The notes under the pieces are model-generated. The model was not told where the DNA came from and searched no databases. It saw only the letters and a list, made by a program, of their open reading frames with translations. From assembly GCA_964014485.1 (NCBI GenBank), contig CAXHAT010000208.1, positions 1 through 13,407 of the forward strand: a stretch of DNA of 13,407 bases. Reading direction: 5' to 3'. Both the position numbers and the translations under genes were made by a program. The stretch is from an uncultured Deferribacteres bacterium (GTDB taxonomy: Bacteria > Zhuqueibacterota > Zhuqueibacteria > Zhuqueibacterales > Geothermadaptataceae). How positions within the stretch are numbered: the first letter of the stretch is position 1; every line of letters starts with the position of its first letter. This document shows, one piece after another, positions 1-7,848 of this stretch.

Positions 1-100
1 TCGCGCACAGCCCCTGGATTCCCGCCTGCGCGGGAATGACGTAAAAGCAACGTTTTCCTAGTGCTGCTTGAGAAATTTCCAAGAGTGCGTAACATCAGTT
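1..100. mobile_element. Probable right end of a non-autonomous element sharing the terminal repeat of the 9094-9539 element (truncated by window start)
   Basis: GTGCGTAACATCAGTT at 85-100 is identical to 9523-9538. The sequence inside it (1-84) is unrelated to the 9094 element. The other end is not in the window. Confidence 0.55.
14..41. repeat. dRS3-like palindromic repeat (ATTCCC-N8-GGGAAT)
   Basis: CTGG-ATTCCC-GCCTGCGC-GGGAAT-GACG. The core at 18-37 fits the ATTCCC(N8)GGGAAT pattern exactly and folds as ATTCCCGC/GCGGGAAT. Confidence 0.8.
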
Positions 101-115
101 GGCAAAAACCCTCGC

Positions 116-1459
116 CTACTGCATACTCTCGCTTCCTGAACGAATTAGCCACAGCTTTTTCTGCGGCCCGGCAAAATATTGCGCTTTGCCGTTTTCGTCA
201 ATGTAGGCGTCCTCTTCGCGCGACATGCGCACTTTTTGGCCGCCCCACTCCGGCACCGGCGTACGCGAATTAAATTCAATCGACCAGAATTCTGACTTGC
301 GCACCGGCTCGCGCGGGTGCCGACCGTAACGATCCGGCCAGTCCGGATTCGCCCAGGCGCCGATGCAGTGCACCCAATTTCCCTGGACATGTGAATAAAC
401 GCTGTTCTCAATGCCCGCAGCCTTGCCCTTTTCCTGCGCCGCGTCCCGGACTTTGTGGCCAATCGCTCCGGCGTTTAATTCACCGCGCACAATCTCGCAC
501 ATTTGGGCCGACTGTTCGAACGCTTTTTGCAATCCGGCGGGCGGCTCGGTTTCTCCCGGGCGAAGAACGTAGGCCATTTTTTGCTGATCCGTGACCAAGC
601 CCATCATTTTGACGCCAAAGTCAACGTGCAAGACGTCGCCGGGCAGGATGACCGGATTTTCCGCATCATCAACGCCGCCTTCAACGCCTTTTCTTTGAAT
701 ATTGAAACTCGGGGCAAAATTGAAGTCCAAGCCCTGCCTGCGCCATTCGTCAACCAGCCAATGATGCAAATCCATGAGTCGGGTTTTCCCGGGCGTGATC
801 ACTTCATTTGAAAACGCGCGTCGCAGCATGTTCCACGTAATCCAGCTTCCATCGCGCTCAATTTCGTGTTCTTCCGCCGTCCTGTTGCTGACATATTCGA
901 TGAGCATGTCTTCCGCCGGAACCATCTTTTTTTCGTATTCCTTGCCAACCGCTTCGACCAGAAACTTTTTCATTTCTATCGTCAAGCCGTCCGCCATCGG
1001 CAAGGTGCGCGACTGATTGACGGCGATTTTTTTCGGTTTGCGCGCGTCGAAATATTTTTTGATGTGCGGCGACAGGCCTTCCTGACCGTAAGGAATGATC
1101 GTATCGTAGAACAATTTGATGTGTCCGCTCTGGTGCGTGCCGATGATGGTCGTTTCCAGTCCTTTTTCGCCTGCGTCATAAAACAGGTACGCGTTGCGGT
1201 GGCCGTACCACCCCGTCACGCCGTTGGCGCCAAAAAGATCGAGCATAGGGTCAGGATTAAATTCGCGGCTCATAATAATCCACAAGTCAATGTCGAATTT
1301 GCGCATCATTGGCAGCAGATGCGTTCTCATTTTTTCCGCTTTCACCCGCCACTCGCGCTCTGTTCTTTCTTGCGAGTACTGCGCTTGAACAACTGAACCG
1401 AAAAATGTCAAAAGACCGAAAACGATAATTCCAATGAAAAGTGTTCTGCGATTCTGCAC
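116..1459 (-). CDS. Secreted M24-family (Xaa-Pro aminopeptidase-like) metallopeptidase, ~447 aa
   Basis: Pita-bread metal ligands appear in order: HVDFG, TDQQ, YSH..G...H, SIE, REED. Start moved from 1621 to GTG at 1459 because GAGGAGG (1469-1475) lies 9 nt upstream and the protein then begins with a signal peptide (RR + hydrophobic + VQA-Q). Confidence 0.88.
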   Translation of the reverse strand: MQNRRTLFIGIIVFGLLTFFGSVVQAQYSQERTEREWRVKAEKMRTHLLPMMRKFDIDLWIIMSREFNPDPMLDLFGANGVTGWYGHRNAYLFYDAGEKGLETTIIGTHQSGHIKLFYDTIIPYGQEGLSPHIKKYFDARKPKKIAVNQSRTLPMADGLTIEMKKFLVEAVGKEYEKKMVPAEDMLIEYVSNRTAEEHEIERDGSWITWNMLRRAFSNEVITPGKTRLMDLHHWLVDEWRRQGLDFNFAPSFNIQRKGVEGGVDDAENPVILPGDVLHVDFGVKMMGLVTDQQKMAYVLRPGETEPPAGLQKAFEQSAQMCEIVRGELNAGAIGHKVRDAAQEKGKAAGIENSVYSHVQGNWVHCIGAWANPDWPDRYGRHPREPVRKSEFWSIEFNSRTPVPEWGGQKVRMSREEDAYIDENGKAQYFAGPQKKLWLIRSGSESMQ

Positions 1460-1520
1460 GATGGATATCCTCCTCAATTTTCGAAAATTTTTTCGGCTAT
1501 ATGCTGCTTGGAACGAGAAA

Positions 1521-1624
1521 TTTTTGATAGGATTAACGCGATTAACCGGATTACCTTTTCTTAGCCCGATCTTTAGAATCGCTTCGATATTCGATCCCGT
1601 TAATCCAGTTGATCCCGCCAAAAA
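1521..1624. repeat. Degenerate inverted repeat built from 9-nt GGATTAACN units
   Basis: Left arm 1521-1552 (TTTTTGATAGGATTAACGCGATTAACCGGATT) vs reverse complement of right arm 1593-1624: 24/32 identical. Each arm has about three 9-nt units. Confidence 0.7.
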
Positions 1625-1668
1625 AAAGCGGCAGCCCGCTGAGTTCGATATAAGATGAGTTTCTTCGT

Positions 1669-3243
1669 TTACAAGGTCAATTTCATTTTTGCTGGTTTAA
1701 ATATACGCTCGTCCGTGGTTCTTAATTCAGGACTCACGTGTAACGGAATCGCCGCCTGATTTAAAACGTCGCGTTCCAGATCAACGCCGGGCGCGATTTC
1801 AACGACGGTCAACCCTTGCGGCAGAAGCTCAATCACGCAGCGTTCGGTCACGTACGTTACTTTTTGTTTCGTCGCAACAGCGCGCTTGCCGCTGAAAGTC
1901 ACGTGTTCCACTTCGGGTACAAATTTCTTAACTTTGCCTTCCTCCAGAATATTCAAACGCCCATCCGAAAGATCGAGCTTCAATCCGCCCGCTGTAAAAT
2001 ATCCGCTGAACACGATGCGCTTCGCGTTGGCCGTGATATCAATAAATCCGCCGACGCCCGCAGTGACATGCGGCTTGGCGGCCAACTGCGAAACGTTCAC
2101 GTTGCCGTGCTGATCCACTTGCAAAAATGACAACATGCTGCAATCAAAGCCACCGCCTTGAAAATAAGTAAATTGATCCGGCGACGGCACAATAGCCTGT
2201 GCATTTGCTGCACAGCCGAACTGAAAATCCAGCAACGGCATGCCCCCAACCGCGCCTTGCTCGATCACCCACGTCACGGCGTCGTCCATGCCTTCTTCCA
2301 GCAAAATGCGCGGTACGAGCGCCGAAATGCCAAAACCGAGATTGACGGCCTGTCCTTTGCGCAATTCCATCGCCGCTCGGCGCGCCATCACTTTTTGCGG
2401 TCCCCATTCGATGGTGGAAAAGTCAGACTCACGAGTACGAATCTCGCCGCTGATCGCCGGATTGTATTGCGTCTGCGTCGTCTGCATTTGTTCGGGATCA
2501 GCAACAATGTGATCGACCAAAATGCCGGTAACGCGCACTTTTTGCGGCGGAATTGAGCCCGCAGCAACAACGCGCTTCACTTGAGCAATCACAAGTCCGC
2601 CGTTGTTGCGCGCCGCCAAAGCTTGATCGTAAGCGCCGAGATAAGCGCCCTCGTGCTCCATCGAAATATTGCCGTTTTCGTCCGCCGTCGTGCCGCGAAT
2701 AATCGCAACGTCGATTGGAATTGACCGAAAATAGAGCCATTCGTCGCCGTCAAATTCGACGCGTGTGACAAGATATTCTTCTGTAGCGGCGTTCATTTTT
2801 CCGCCGTGTTGACGCGGGTCGAGATATGTGTCCATCCCCACTTTCGTAAGTACGCCGGGGCGATTTGCCGCAGCTTCGCGATGCATGTGAAACAAAATAC
2901 CGCTTGGAATGTTGTACGCTTCGATTTGATTTTCCCCAATCATGCGCCAAATCTTCGGCGACGGCATGGAAGACGGCCCGCTGGGGAAAGAACCGGCGAT
3001 GACGCGCTTGAGCAAACCCGATTTGGCCAAATGATCGACGCCGTCAATGCCGTACATATCCCCGGCGGCAATCGGATGAATCGTGGTCAAATTTCTTGGC
3101 GCGCCTTCTTCATCAAATCTGGCGCCGATGGCCGCCAACATCGCGTCCGGGCAGCCGAGGCCGCTGGAAGAACTGATCGAAACCGTCGCTGCGTTCGGGA
3201 TTAATTCAGCCGCAGCTTTTAGAGATAAGATTTTGTTACGCAT
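1669..3243 (-). CDS. Family I acyl-CoA:acetate/3-ketoacid (propionate-type, YdiF-like) CoA transferase, fused alpha/beta subunits
   Basis: 524 aa. Motifs RGTTADENGNIS, VIAQV, VNLGFGI, catalytic Glu in IEQG, VDQHGNVNVS, GGFIDI, YVTERCV and EIAPGVD. Confidence 0.92.
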   Translation of the reverse strand: MRNKILSLKAAAELIPNAATVSISSSSGLGCPDAMLAAIGARFDEEGAPRNLTTIHPIAAGDMYGIDGVDHLAKSGLLKRVIAGSFPSGPSSMPSPKIWRMIGENQIEAYNIPSGILFHMHREAAANRPGVLTKVGMDTYLDPRQHGGKMNAATEEYLVTRVEFDGDEWLYFRSIPIDVAIIRGTTADENGNISMEHEGAYLGAYDQALAARNNGGLVIAQVKRVVAAGSIPPQKVRVTGILVDHIVADPEQMQTTQTQYNPAISGEIRTRESDFSTIEWGPQKVMARRAAMELRKGQAVNLGFGISALVPRILLEEGMDDAVTWVIEQGAVGGMPLLDFQFGCAANAQAIVPSPDQFTYFQGGGFDCSMLSFLQVDQHGNVNVSQLAAKPHVTAGVGGFIDITANAKRIVFSGYFTAGGLKLDLSDGRLNILEEGKVKKFVPEVEHVTFSGKRAVATKQKVTYVTERCVIELLPQGLTVVEIAPGVDLERDVLNQAAIPLHVSPELRTTDERIFKPAKMKLTL

Positions 3244-4252
3244 AGCGCACCTTCACCGCACGCCCCGTTTTTGTCGATTCCAAAACGGCCAAGGCAATCG
3301 CCAGTGACTTGACGCCGTCCAGGCCAGTCGCCCACGGTTCCCCTTCGCCGCGAACGGCGCGGTTGAAAATGCGAATCGCGTACGTGTACAGATCTTCCGG
3401 CTCTCCGAGATCAACTTCTTTCGTTTCGCCGCCTTTGCGCAAATAAACGCGCCCAATCGGTTTCTGCGTCATAACATTTTCCGCGAAAAGCGACCCTTCC
3501 GTGCCATGAATTTCCAGCCCGGTCGGGGCGTTGCCGATCGTGAAAGCGTCGTGAAATTGCGCCAACACGCCGCCACGAAAACGCATCACGCCCATCACGG
3601 CGTCTTCAATTTCACCCTCGCCCATGCCTTGACGCGCCGAAAAAGCCGTCACTTCCTCGACTTCATCCTCAAGCACAAAACGCAGCGTGTCCGAATCGTG
3701 GACGGTGATGTCTAAAATGACCCCGGCGCCGGTCTCGGGATTATTGATGCGCCAGGTTTGCAAAAACTCCGGCAAAAAAACGGCGTGAAAAACCCGCGCC
3801 GCCAAGGGCTTTCCAATCGCGCCTTCTTTGACCAAGCGCCGCAACGCGCGATGCGTAACGGCGTTGCGTAAATGATGATTCGTCGCCATGACCACGCCCG
3901 CTTTTTCGCACACGGACAGCATTTCTCGCGCATCCTGAAGCGTAAGCGCGAGGGGTTTTTCGCACATCACGTGCTTCCCGGCGGCGGCGGCGGCTAAAGT
4001 TTCCGCCTTGTGCTTCTCGTTCGTCGTGCTGATGTAAACAACGTCCGTGCCCGGATCATTAACCGCTTCATCGAGCGAATTGTAGGATTTGGCCAAGCCA
4101 TTGTCTTGCGCGTATTGCTTGCCGCGCTCAGGCGACGTGCTGTAAACGCCGACAACTTCGCTGTCGCCCTGCGCTTTGATCGCCGGAATCATGTACTCCC
4201 GCGCAATATTGCTTGCCCCGATCAGTCCCCATTTGAGGATTCCGTTTTTCAT
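3236..4252 (-). CDS. afr: Gfo/Idh/MocA oxidoreductase, 1,5-anhydro-D-fructose reductase-like
   Basis: WGLIGAS.IARE Rossmann start, STTNE.H, CEKP, TNHHLRN, ARVFHAV.LP, GVILDITVHD.D, AQFHDAFT and NVMTQKP match my recollection of rhizobial Afr along the full length. The stop overlaps the CoA-transferase start by 8 nt. Confidence 0.82.
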   Translation of the reverse strand: MKNGILKWGLIGASNIAREYMIPAIKAQGDSEVVGVYSTSPERGKQYAQDNGLAKSYNSLDEAVNDPGTDVVYISTTNEKHKAETLAAAAAGKHVMCEKPLALTLQDAREMLSVCEKAGVVMATNHHLRNAVTHRALRRLVKEGAIGKPLAARVFHAVFLPEFLQTWRINNPETGAGVILDITVHDSDTLRFVLEDEVEEVTAFSARQGMGEGEIEDAVMGVMRFRGGVLAQFHDAFTIGNAPTGLEIHGTEGSLFAENVMTQKPIGRVYLRKGGETKEVDLGEPEDLYTYAIRIFNRAVRGEGEPWATGLDGVKSLAIALAVLESTKTGRAVKVRYA

Positions 4253-4458
4253 TTCCCGTCACTGAAATTTATAAACTCGCGTTTTTGGATTTATCGAGGC
4301 GGAAAATGTAAAGAGAAATTAGTGCGGAGCAACCGGGATTGTACGGAAATTTATAAGAAGAGATGGAACTGTGGATTCGAGAAATTGTTGATTTGAAGAA
4401 TGACGCGTTGTTGCGGCCGGGGGTAACTTGCAAGTTTGGGCCAAATTGCCTGCTGAAC

Positions 4459-4497
4459 AAAAAAAGCCGAGAAACCAGCGCGTGGTTTCTCGGCTTT
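4459..4497 (-). terminator. Intrinsic terminator after the CoA-binding protein gene (possibly bidirectional)
   Basis: Perfect stem GCCGAGAAACCA (4466-4477) / TGGTTTCTCGGC (4483-4494) with a 5-nt loop. A7 at 4459-4465 gives a U7 tail on the minus strand. Confidence 0.88.
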
Positions 4498-4587
4498 ATG
4501 CTTTTAATTATCCCTTAAAACCGTTGATTCACCTCATCATCATTGATGAACCAATGATTTTCCTCCATGCTTTGCAATGCTTGCGCG

Positions 4588-5046
4588 CTACGCCGCAGCC
4601 AAAGCCCTCGAGCCGACAAGGCGCAGATGATCGCGATAAATGCAGTGATCTTGCACGACCTTAACGCCTGCTGCCGCGAGTTGCTTGGCGGAGCTCATGC
4701 TCGTAATGCCGCTCTGCATCCAGACAACGCTCGGCTTCTCGTTCATTTCCAAAATCTCTTTCGCATGATCCGGTACGTTTCCCGGGGCACGGAAAATCAA
4801 AACCACGTCAACCGGCTCATAAAGATCGAGTACGGAATCGATGGTCTTGGTCCCAAACACCTGATCGAACTCAGGGTTGATCGGAAAGACTTCGAACCCG
4901 TTTTCTTTGAGATAAGCAGGTACGCTGTGTGCCGCTTCGTGTAATCGCGTTTCGTCCTTAATGCCAATGACGGCAATCTTCTTAGCAGAAAGCAGAATCT
5001 CCCGAATACTGTGATCGTCCTCAACCAGATTGTCATGCCAGGTCAT
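4588..5046 (-). CDS. CoA-binding protein (YccU / CoA_binding_2 family)
   Basis: 152 aa. Motifs KIAVIG, V..YL...GFEVFPINP, VDVVLIFR, VWMQSG and GVKVVQDHCI. Strong RBS AAGGAGG just upstream. Confidence 0.9.
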   Translation of the reverse strand: MTWHDNLVEDDHSIREILLSAKKIAVIGIKDETRLHEAAHSVPAYLKENGFEVFPINPEFDQVFGTKTIDSVLDLYEPVDVVLIFRAPGNVPDHAKEILEMNEKPSVVWMQSGITSMSSAKQLAAAGVKVVQDHCIYRDHLRLVGSRALAAA

Positions 5047-5083
5047 CGTTCCTCCTTTTGACTTAACATAGGGTGATTAAACG

Positions 5084-5124
5084 AAAAAAGCCTGGAAGCG
5101 TATTTCTACAATGCTTCACAGGCT
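5084..5124 (-). terminator. Terminator-like hairpin between the DUF488 and CoA-binding genes
   Basis: Minus strand reads AGCCTG-T-GAAGC...GCTTC-CAGGCT followed by a U run (A6 at 5084-5089 on the plus strand). Confidence 0.6.
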
Positions 5125-5223
5125 ATGATTTACTTTGTCAGCGAAAATTGTTTTTAACACCATGTCGCCAAAGACCTTGGGTTAATAAGTTCTCATTTCA
5201 CAATTCCCCCAGCGAATTTTATA

Positions 5224-5598
5224 TCAGGCCGCTTTTTTTGCCGTCGTTGTCCGTTTTTCGATATATGTCTTCAAAAAATTTGCGCTGTTGTGCAACTCAC
5301 TGCCATTGCCGTAGAGTAAGGTTACCGGCCCGTCATTTGCCATCGCACTGATCGCATCTACAGCTTCCGCCTTGTCAGGACGGTTGAGTTCCTGGTCATA
5401 AAGTTCTTCGAATTGGGCCCATTTTTCAGGCGAGCCGTAAAAGCGCCAAAGGTCGTAGGAAGGCGCAACTTCTTTGTTCCATTCGGTAATATTGACAAAT
5501 CTGGTAAAAGCGCCGTCCGTCCAGATTGGATCAATATAAATGCGTGCGCCGTCTGCGCTTGAGTGCTTTTGATTTATATGTTTAACTTTAATATTCAT
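5224..5598 (-). CDS. DUF488 / YeaO-like protein, divergent
   Basis: 124 aa. Pattern I.VK.I......DG.RI.ID..W..G ... EW.KEVAPS..L ... W..F...Y..EL ... VTLLYG .... HN.A..LK..IE follows the YeaO layout. Confidence 0.78.
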   Translation of the reverse strand: MNIKVKHINQKHSSADGARIYIDPIWTDGAFTRFVNITEWNKEVAPSYDLWRFYGSPEKWAQFEELYDQELNRPDKAEAVDAISAMANDGPVTLLYGNGSELHNSANFLKTYIEKRTTTAKKAA

Positions 5599-5759
5599 AT
5601 TAATTTGAATGCAAGAGACCAGCGTCTGAGATAAAAAAGGAGTGTTGATTTTGGAAGAGATGAATTGGGAGAAAATCGGAATTTTCGAGAAGGAAAAACC
5701 GTCTTGTCATTGCAATCAAAAGATTAGAATGCTCGTCGCTCACAACCGTTGACAGGGCC

Positions 5760-5788
5760 AATATAGCAAAAGACGCCCCGTTTGGCAA
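5760..5788 (-). promoter_or_regulatory. Candidate sigma70 promoter for the DUF488 gene
   Basis: Minus strand TTGCCA (5788-5783), 17-nt spacer, TATATT (5765-5760), with an extended -10 TG. Implies a ~155-nt leader. Confidence 0.45.
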
Positions 5789-5855
5789 CAGGATTTTCAA
5801 CTAAAATTAACCTGTTTTTCACACGAGATTGAAAATACAGAAATTACGGCGGATT

Positions 5856-7712
5856 TCAAGTTCTCCCAAAGCGCTTGTCCATTTCTTCAATCGAAATCTT
5901 GCTCATGACCGGACGACCGTGAGGGCAAAAGTAGGGCGTTTCCGCGGCAAAAAGCTGATCCATCAAAGCTTGAATCTCCGTGTCATTTAATCCGTCCCCG
6001 GCGCGCACCGAAGTGTGGCACGCAAACGTTTTCGCAATATTGTCGCGAATCTCGAGCTTGTTGCGTTTGCCGCGCTTAAAATCATCGATCATGTTCTGCA
6101 TCAGGCGATCATAATTTTTGATCTTGATGTTCGCCGGAACGCCCTCGATAGCAACGGTTTGTTTGCCAAACTCTTTGACCATAAATCCGATTTTCTCCAG
6201 GAACGTTTTCATCTCTGAAAAAACATGAAAATCATCGATGCTTAACTCAACCATAATCGGAAACAAAAGTTTTTGCGAAACGGGTTTGGCGTTCTTGAAT
6301 GCAGTAAGCGCGCGCTCGTACATTATGCGTTCGTGCGCTGCGTGCTGATCAACGATGAGCAGCCCGGCGCTAATCGGCGAGACGATATATTTTTTGTGTA
6401 ACTGCCAAACGCTTTGCTTGGTAAAAACGGCGGACACTTCTGAGCTGGGCGACGATTCGCCGGGCGGCGAAGGTTTCTCAGACATCCAGCCGTCGTCGTT
6501 TTTGGGCTCAGCCGGAAGTTGGAAATTCATCTGATTTTCGCGCCCCGGAAAGCGCGGCGATTGATAAAAATCTTTTTGTGTGATCTCCGTTGACGAGAAA
6601 GGGTTCAATCCAGCAACGGGCTGACCTGCGGGTTTCTCCAGGTTTCCGTGCTGCGACCATTGCTCCAGCGGATGCGCCGGAACGTTTCCAGACGACTTGT
6701 CAAATTCGGGAATCACATCGGCCGACCGCAGGCCGTTTTTTACCGCGCCGCGAATGAGCGAATACATCAAGCGGTCGTCCGCAAACTTGACCTGCATCTT
6801 CGTCGGGTGAACATTCACATCCACACGCGTCGGATCAACATCGAGGTTCAAAACGTAAAGCGGATAGCCGCCGTGGGCGAGGATTTCTCCATAGCCGGAA
6901 ATAACCGCGTGATTGAGCGATCTGTCGGTGATAAAACGTCCGTTTAAAAAAAGAAACTGCTCGCCCGAATTGCGCCGAATCGTATCGTGCGTGCCGACAA
7001 AACCGTTGATTTTGATCGCACCTGCGTCGTCGTTCACTTCAATGAGCAAATCCTTGACGCGTTTGCCCAAAACGCTCACAATGCGCTCACGCGGCGGCTC
7101 TTTGCGCGCTTCCAGAATCAACTGCCCGTTGTGAACAAAAGTGAATTGGATCTCGGGATAACAAAGCGCAAATCGATTCACGGCAAGCAGACAATGGCGA
7201 TACTCCGTGGAGTCGGCTTTCAGAAATTTCCGACGCGCCGGGGTATTATAAAAGAGGGACTTGATCGAAATACTTGTCCCCATTCCGCCCCCCGCCGGAC
7301 GCTCTTCAACGATACGCCCGCCTTCAAGTCGCATCTCCGTTCCCGCAACTTCACCGTTTTGAACGGACTTGATTTCGACGCGAGAAACCGAAGCGATGCT
7401 CGCCAACGCTTCTCCGCGAAACCCCAGACTTGCAATGGTCTCCAGGTCTGCGACGGATGAGATTTTGCTGGTCGCATGTCGTTCAAAAGCCAGCTTCATG
7501 TCTTCTTGAGAAATCCCAAAGCCGTTATCGACAATCCGAATTAAATCCGATCCGCCTTTTTCCAGCACAACGGTTATCTCGGTCGCTCCGGCGTCGATTG
7601 AATTTTCGACCAGTTCCTTCACCACCGAAGCCGGACGTTCCACAACCTCGCCCGCGGCTATTTTGTTCGAAAGATCAGGCGGCAGGAGCTTTATTTTTGC
7701 AGGGTGTTTCAT
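5856..7712 (-). CDS. mutL: DNA mismatch repair protein MutL (endonuclease-containing type), ~618 aa
   Basis: IAAGEVVERPASVVKELVENSIDAGA, HATSKI, GFRGEALASI and VDVNVHPTK. C-terminal DQHAAHERIMYE, QKLLFP clamp motif, ACH and CPHGRP. ATG 7712 is preferred because homology begins at KIKLL; ATG 7763 is an alternative. Confidence 0.97.
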   Translation of the reverse strand: MKHPAKIKLLPPDLSNKIAAGEVVERPASVVKELVENSIDAGATEITVVLEKGGSDLIRIVDNGFGISQEDMKLAFERHATSKISSVADLETIASLGFRGEALASIASVSRVEIKSVQNGEVAGTEMRLEGGRIVEERPAGGGMGTSISIKSLFYNTPARRKFLKADSTEYRHCLLAVNRFALCYPEIQFTFVHNGQLILEARKEPPRERIVSVLGKRVKDLLIEVNDDAGAIKINGFVGTHDTIRRNSGEQFLFLNGRFITDRSLNHAVISGYGEILAHGGYPLYVLNLDVDPTRVDVNVHPTKMQVKFADDRLMYSLIRGAVKNGLRSADVIPEFDKSSGNVPAHPLEQWSQHGNLEKPAGQPVAGLNPFSSTEITQKDFYQSPRFPGRENQMNFQLPAEPKNDDGWMSEKPSPPGESSPSSEVSAVFTKQSVWQLHKKYIVSPISAGLLIVDQHAAHERIMYERALTAFKNAKPVSQKLLFPIMVELSIDDFHVFSEMKTFLEKIGFMVKEFGKQTVAIEGVPANIKIKNYDRLMQNMIDDFKRGKRNKLEIRDNIAKTFACHTSVRAGDGLNDTEIQALMDQLFAAETPYFCPHGRPVMSKISIEEMDKRFGRT

Positions 7713-7809
7713 CAAAACATTTTTTTCTTGCGAGGGGTGATTCTTTCCGGGGAAAATAGCCATTGAAGTTGATGAATACAAGTCTTGAAGGGCGGGCCGC
7801 TGAAAAGCG

Positions 7810-7848
7810 AAAAACCGACGACGCTGCTTTAGGCAACGCCGCCGGTTT
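7810..7848 (-). terminator. Intrinsic terminator downstream of the LysM gene
   Basis: Minus strand AAACCGGCGGCGTTGC-CTAAA-GCAGCGTCGTCGGTTT then TTCGCTTTT. The 16-bp stem has three non-Watson-Crick positions, all G-U only on the minus strand. Confidence 0.85.

Noticed and set aside
1460..1621. 54-aa N-terminal extension of the M24 ORF in the ORF track
   Set aside because: It runs through the inverted repeat. The RBS and signal peptide support GTG 1459.
4429..4444. Sigma54-like TGGC...TTGC on the minus strand upstream of afr
   Set aside because: GG-to-GC spacing is 9 nt, not the required 10.
7713..7781. N-terminal extension of MutL
   Set aside because: MutL similarity starts at KIKLL and no RBS supports the longer starts. 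ATG 7763 is not fully excluded.
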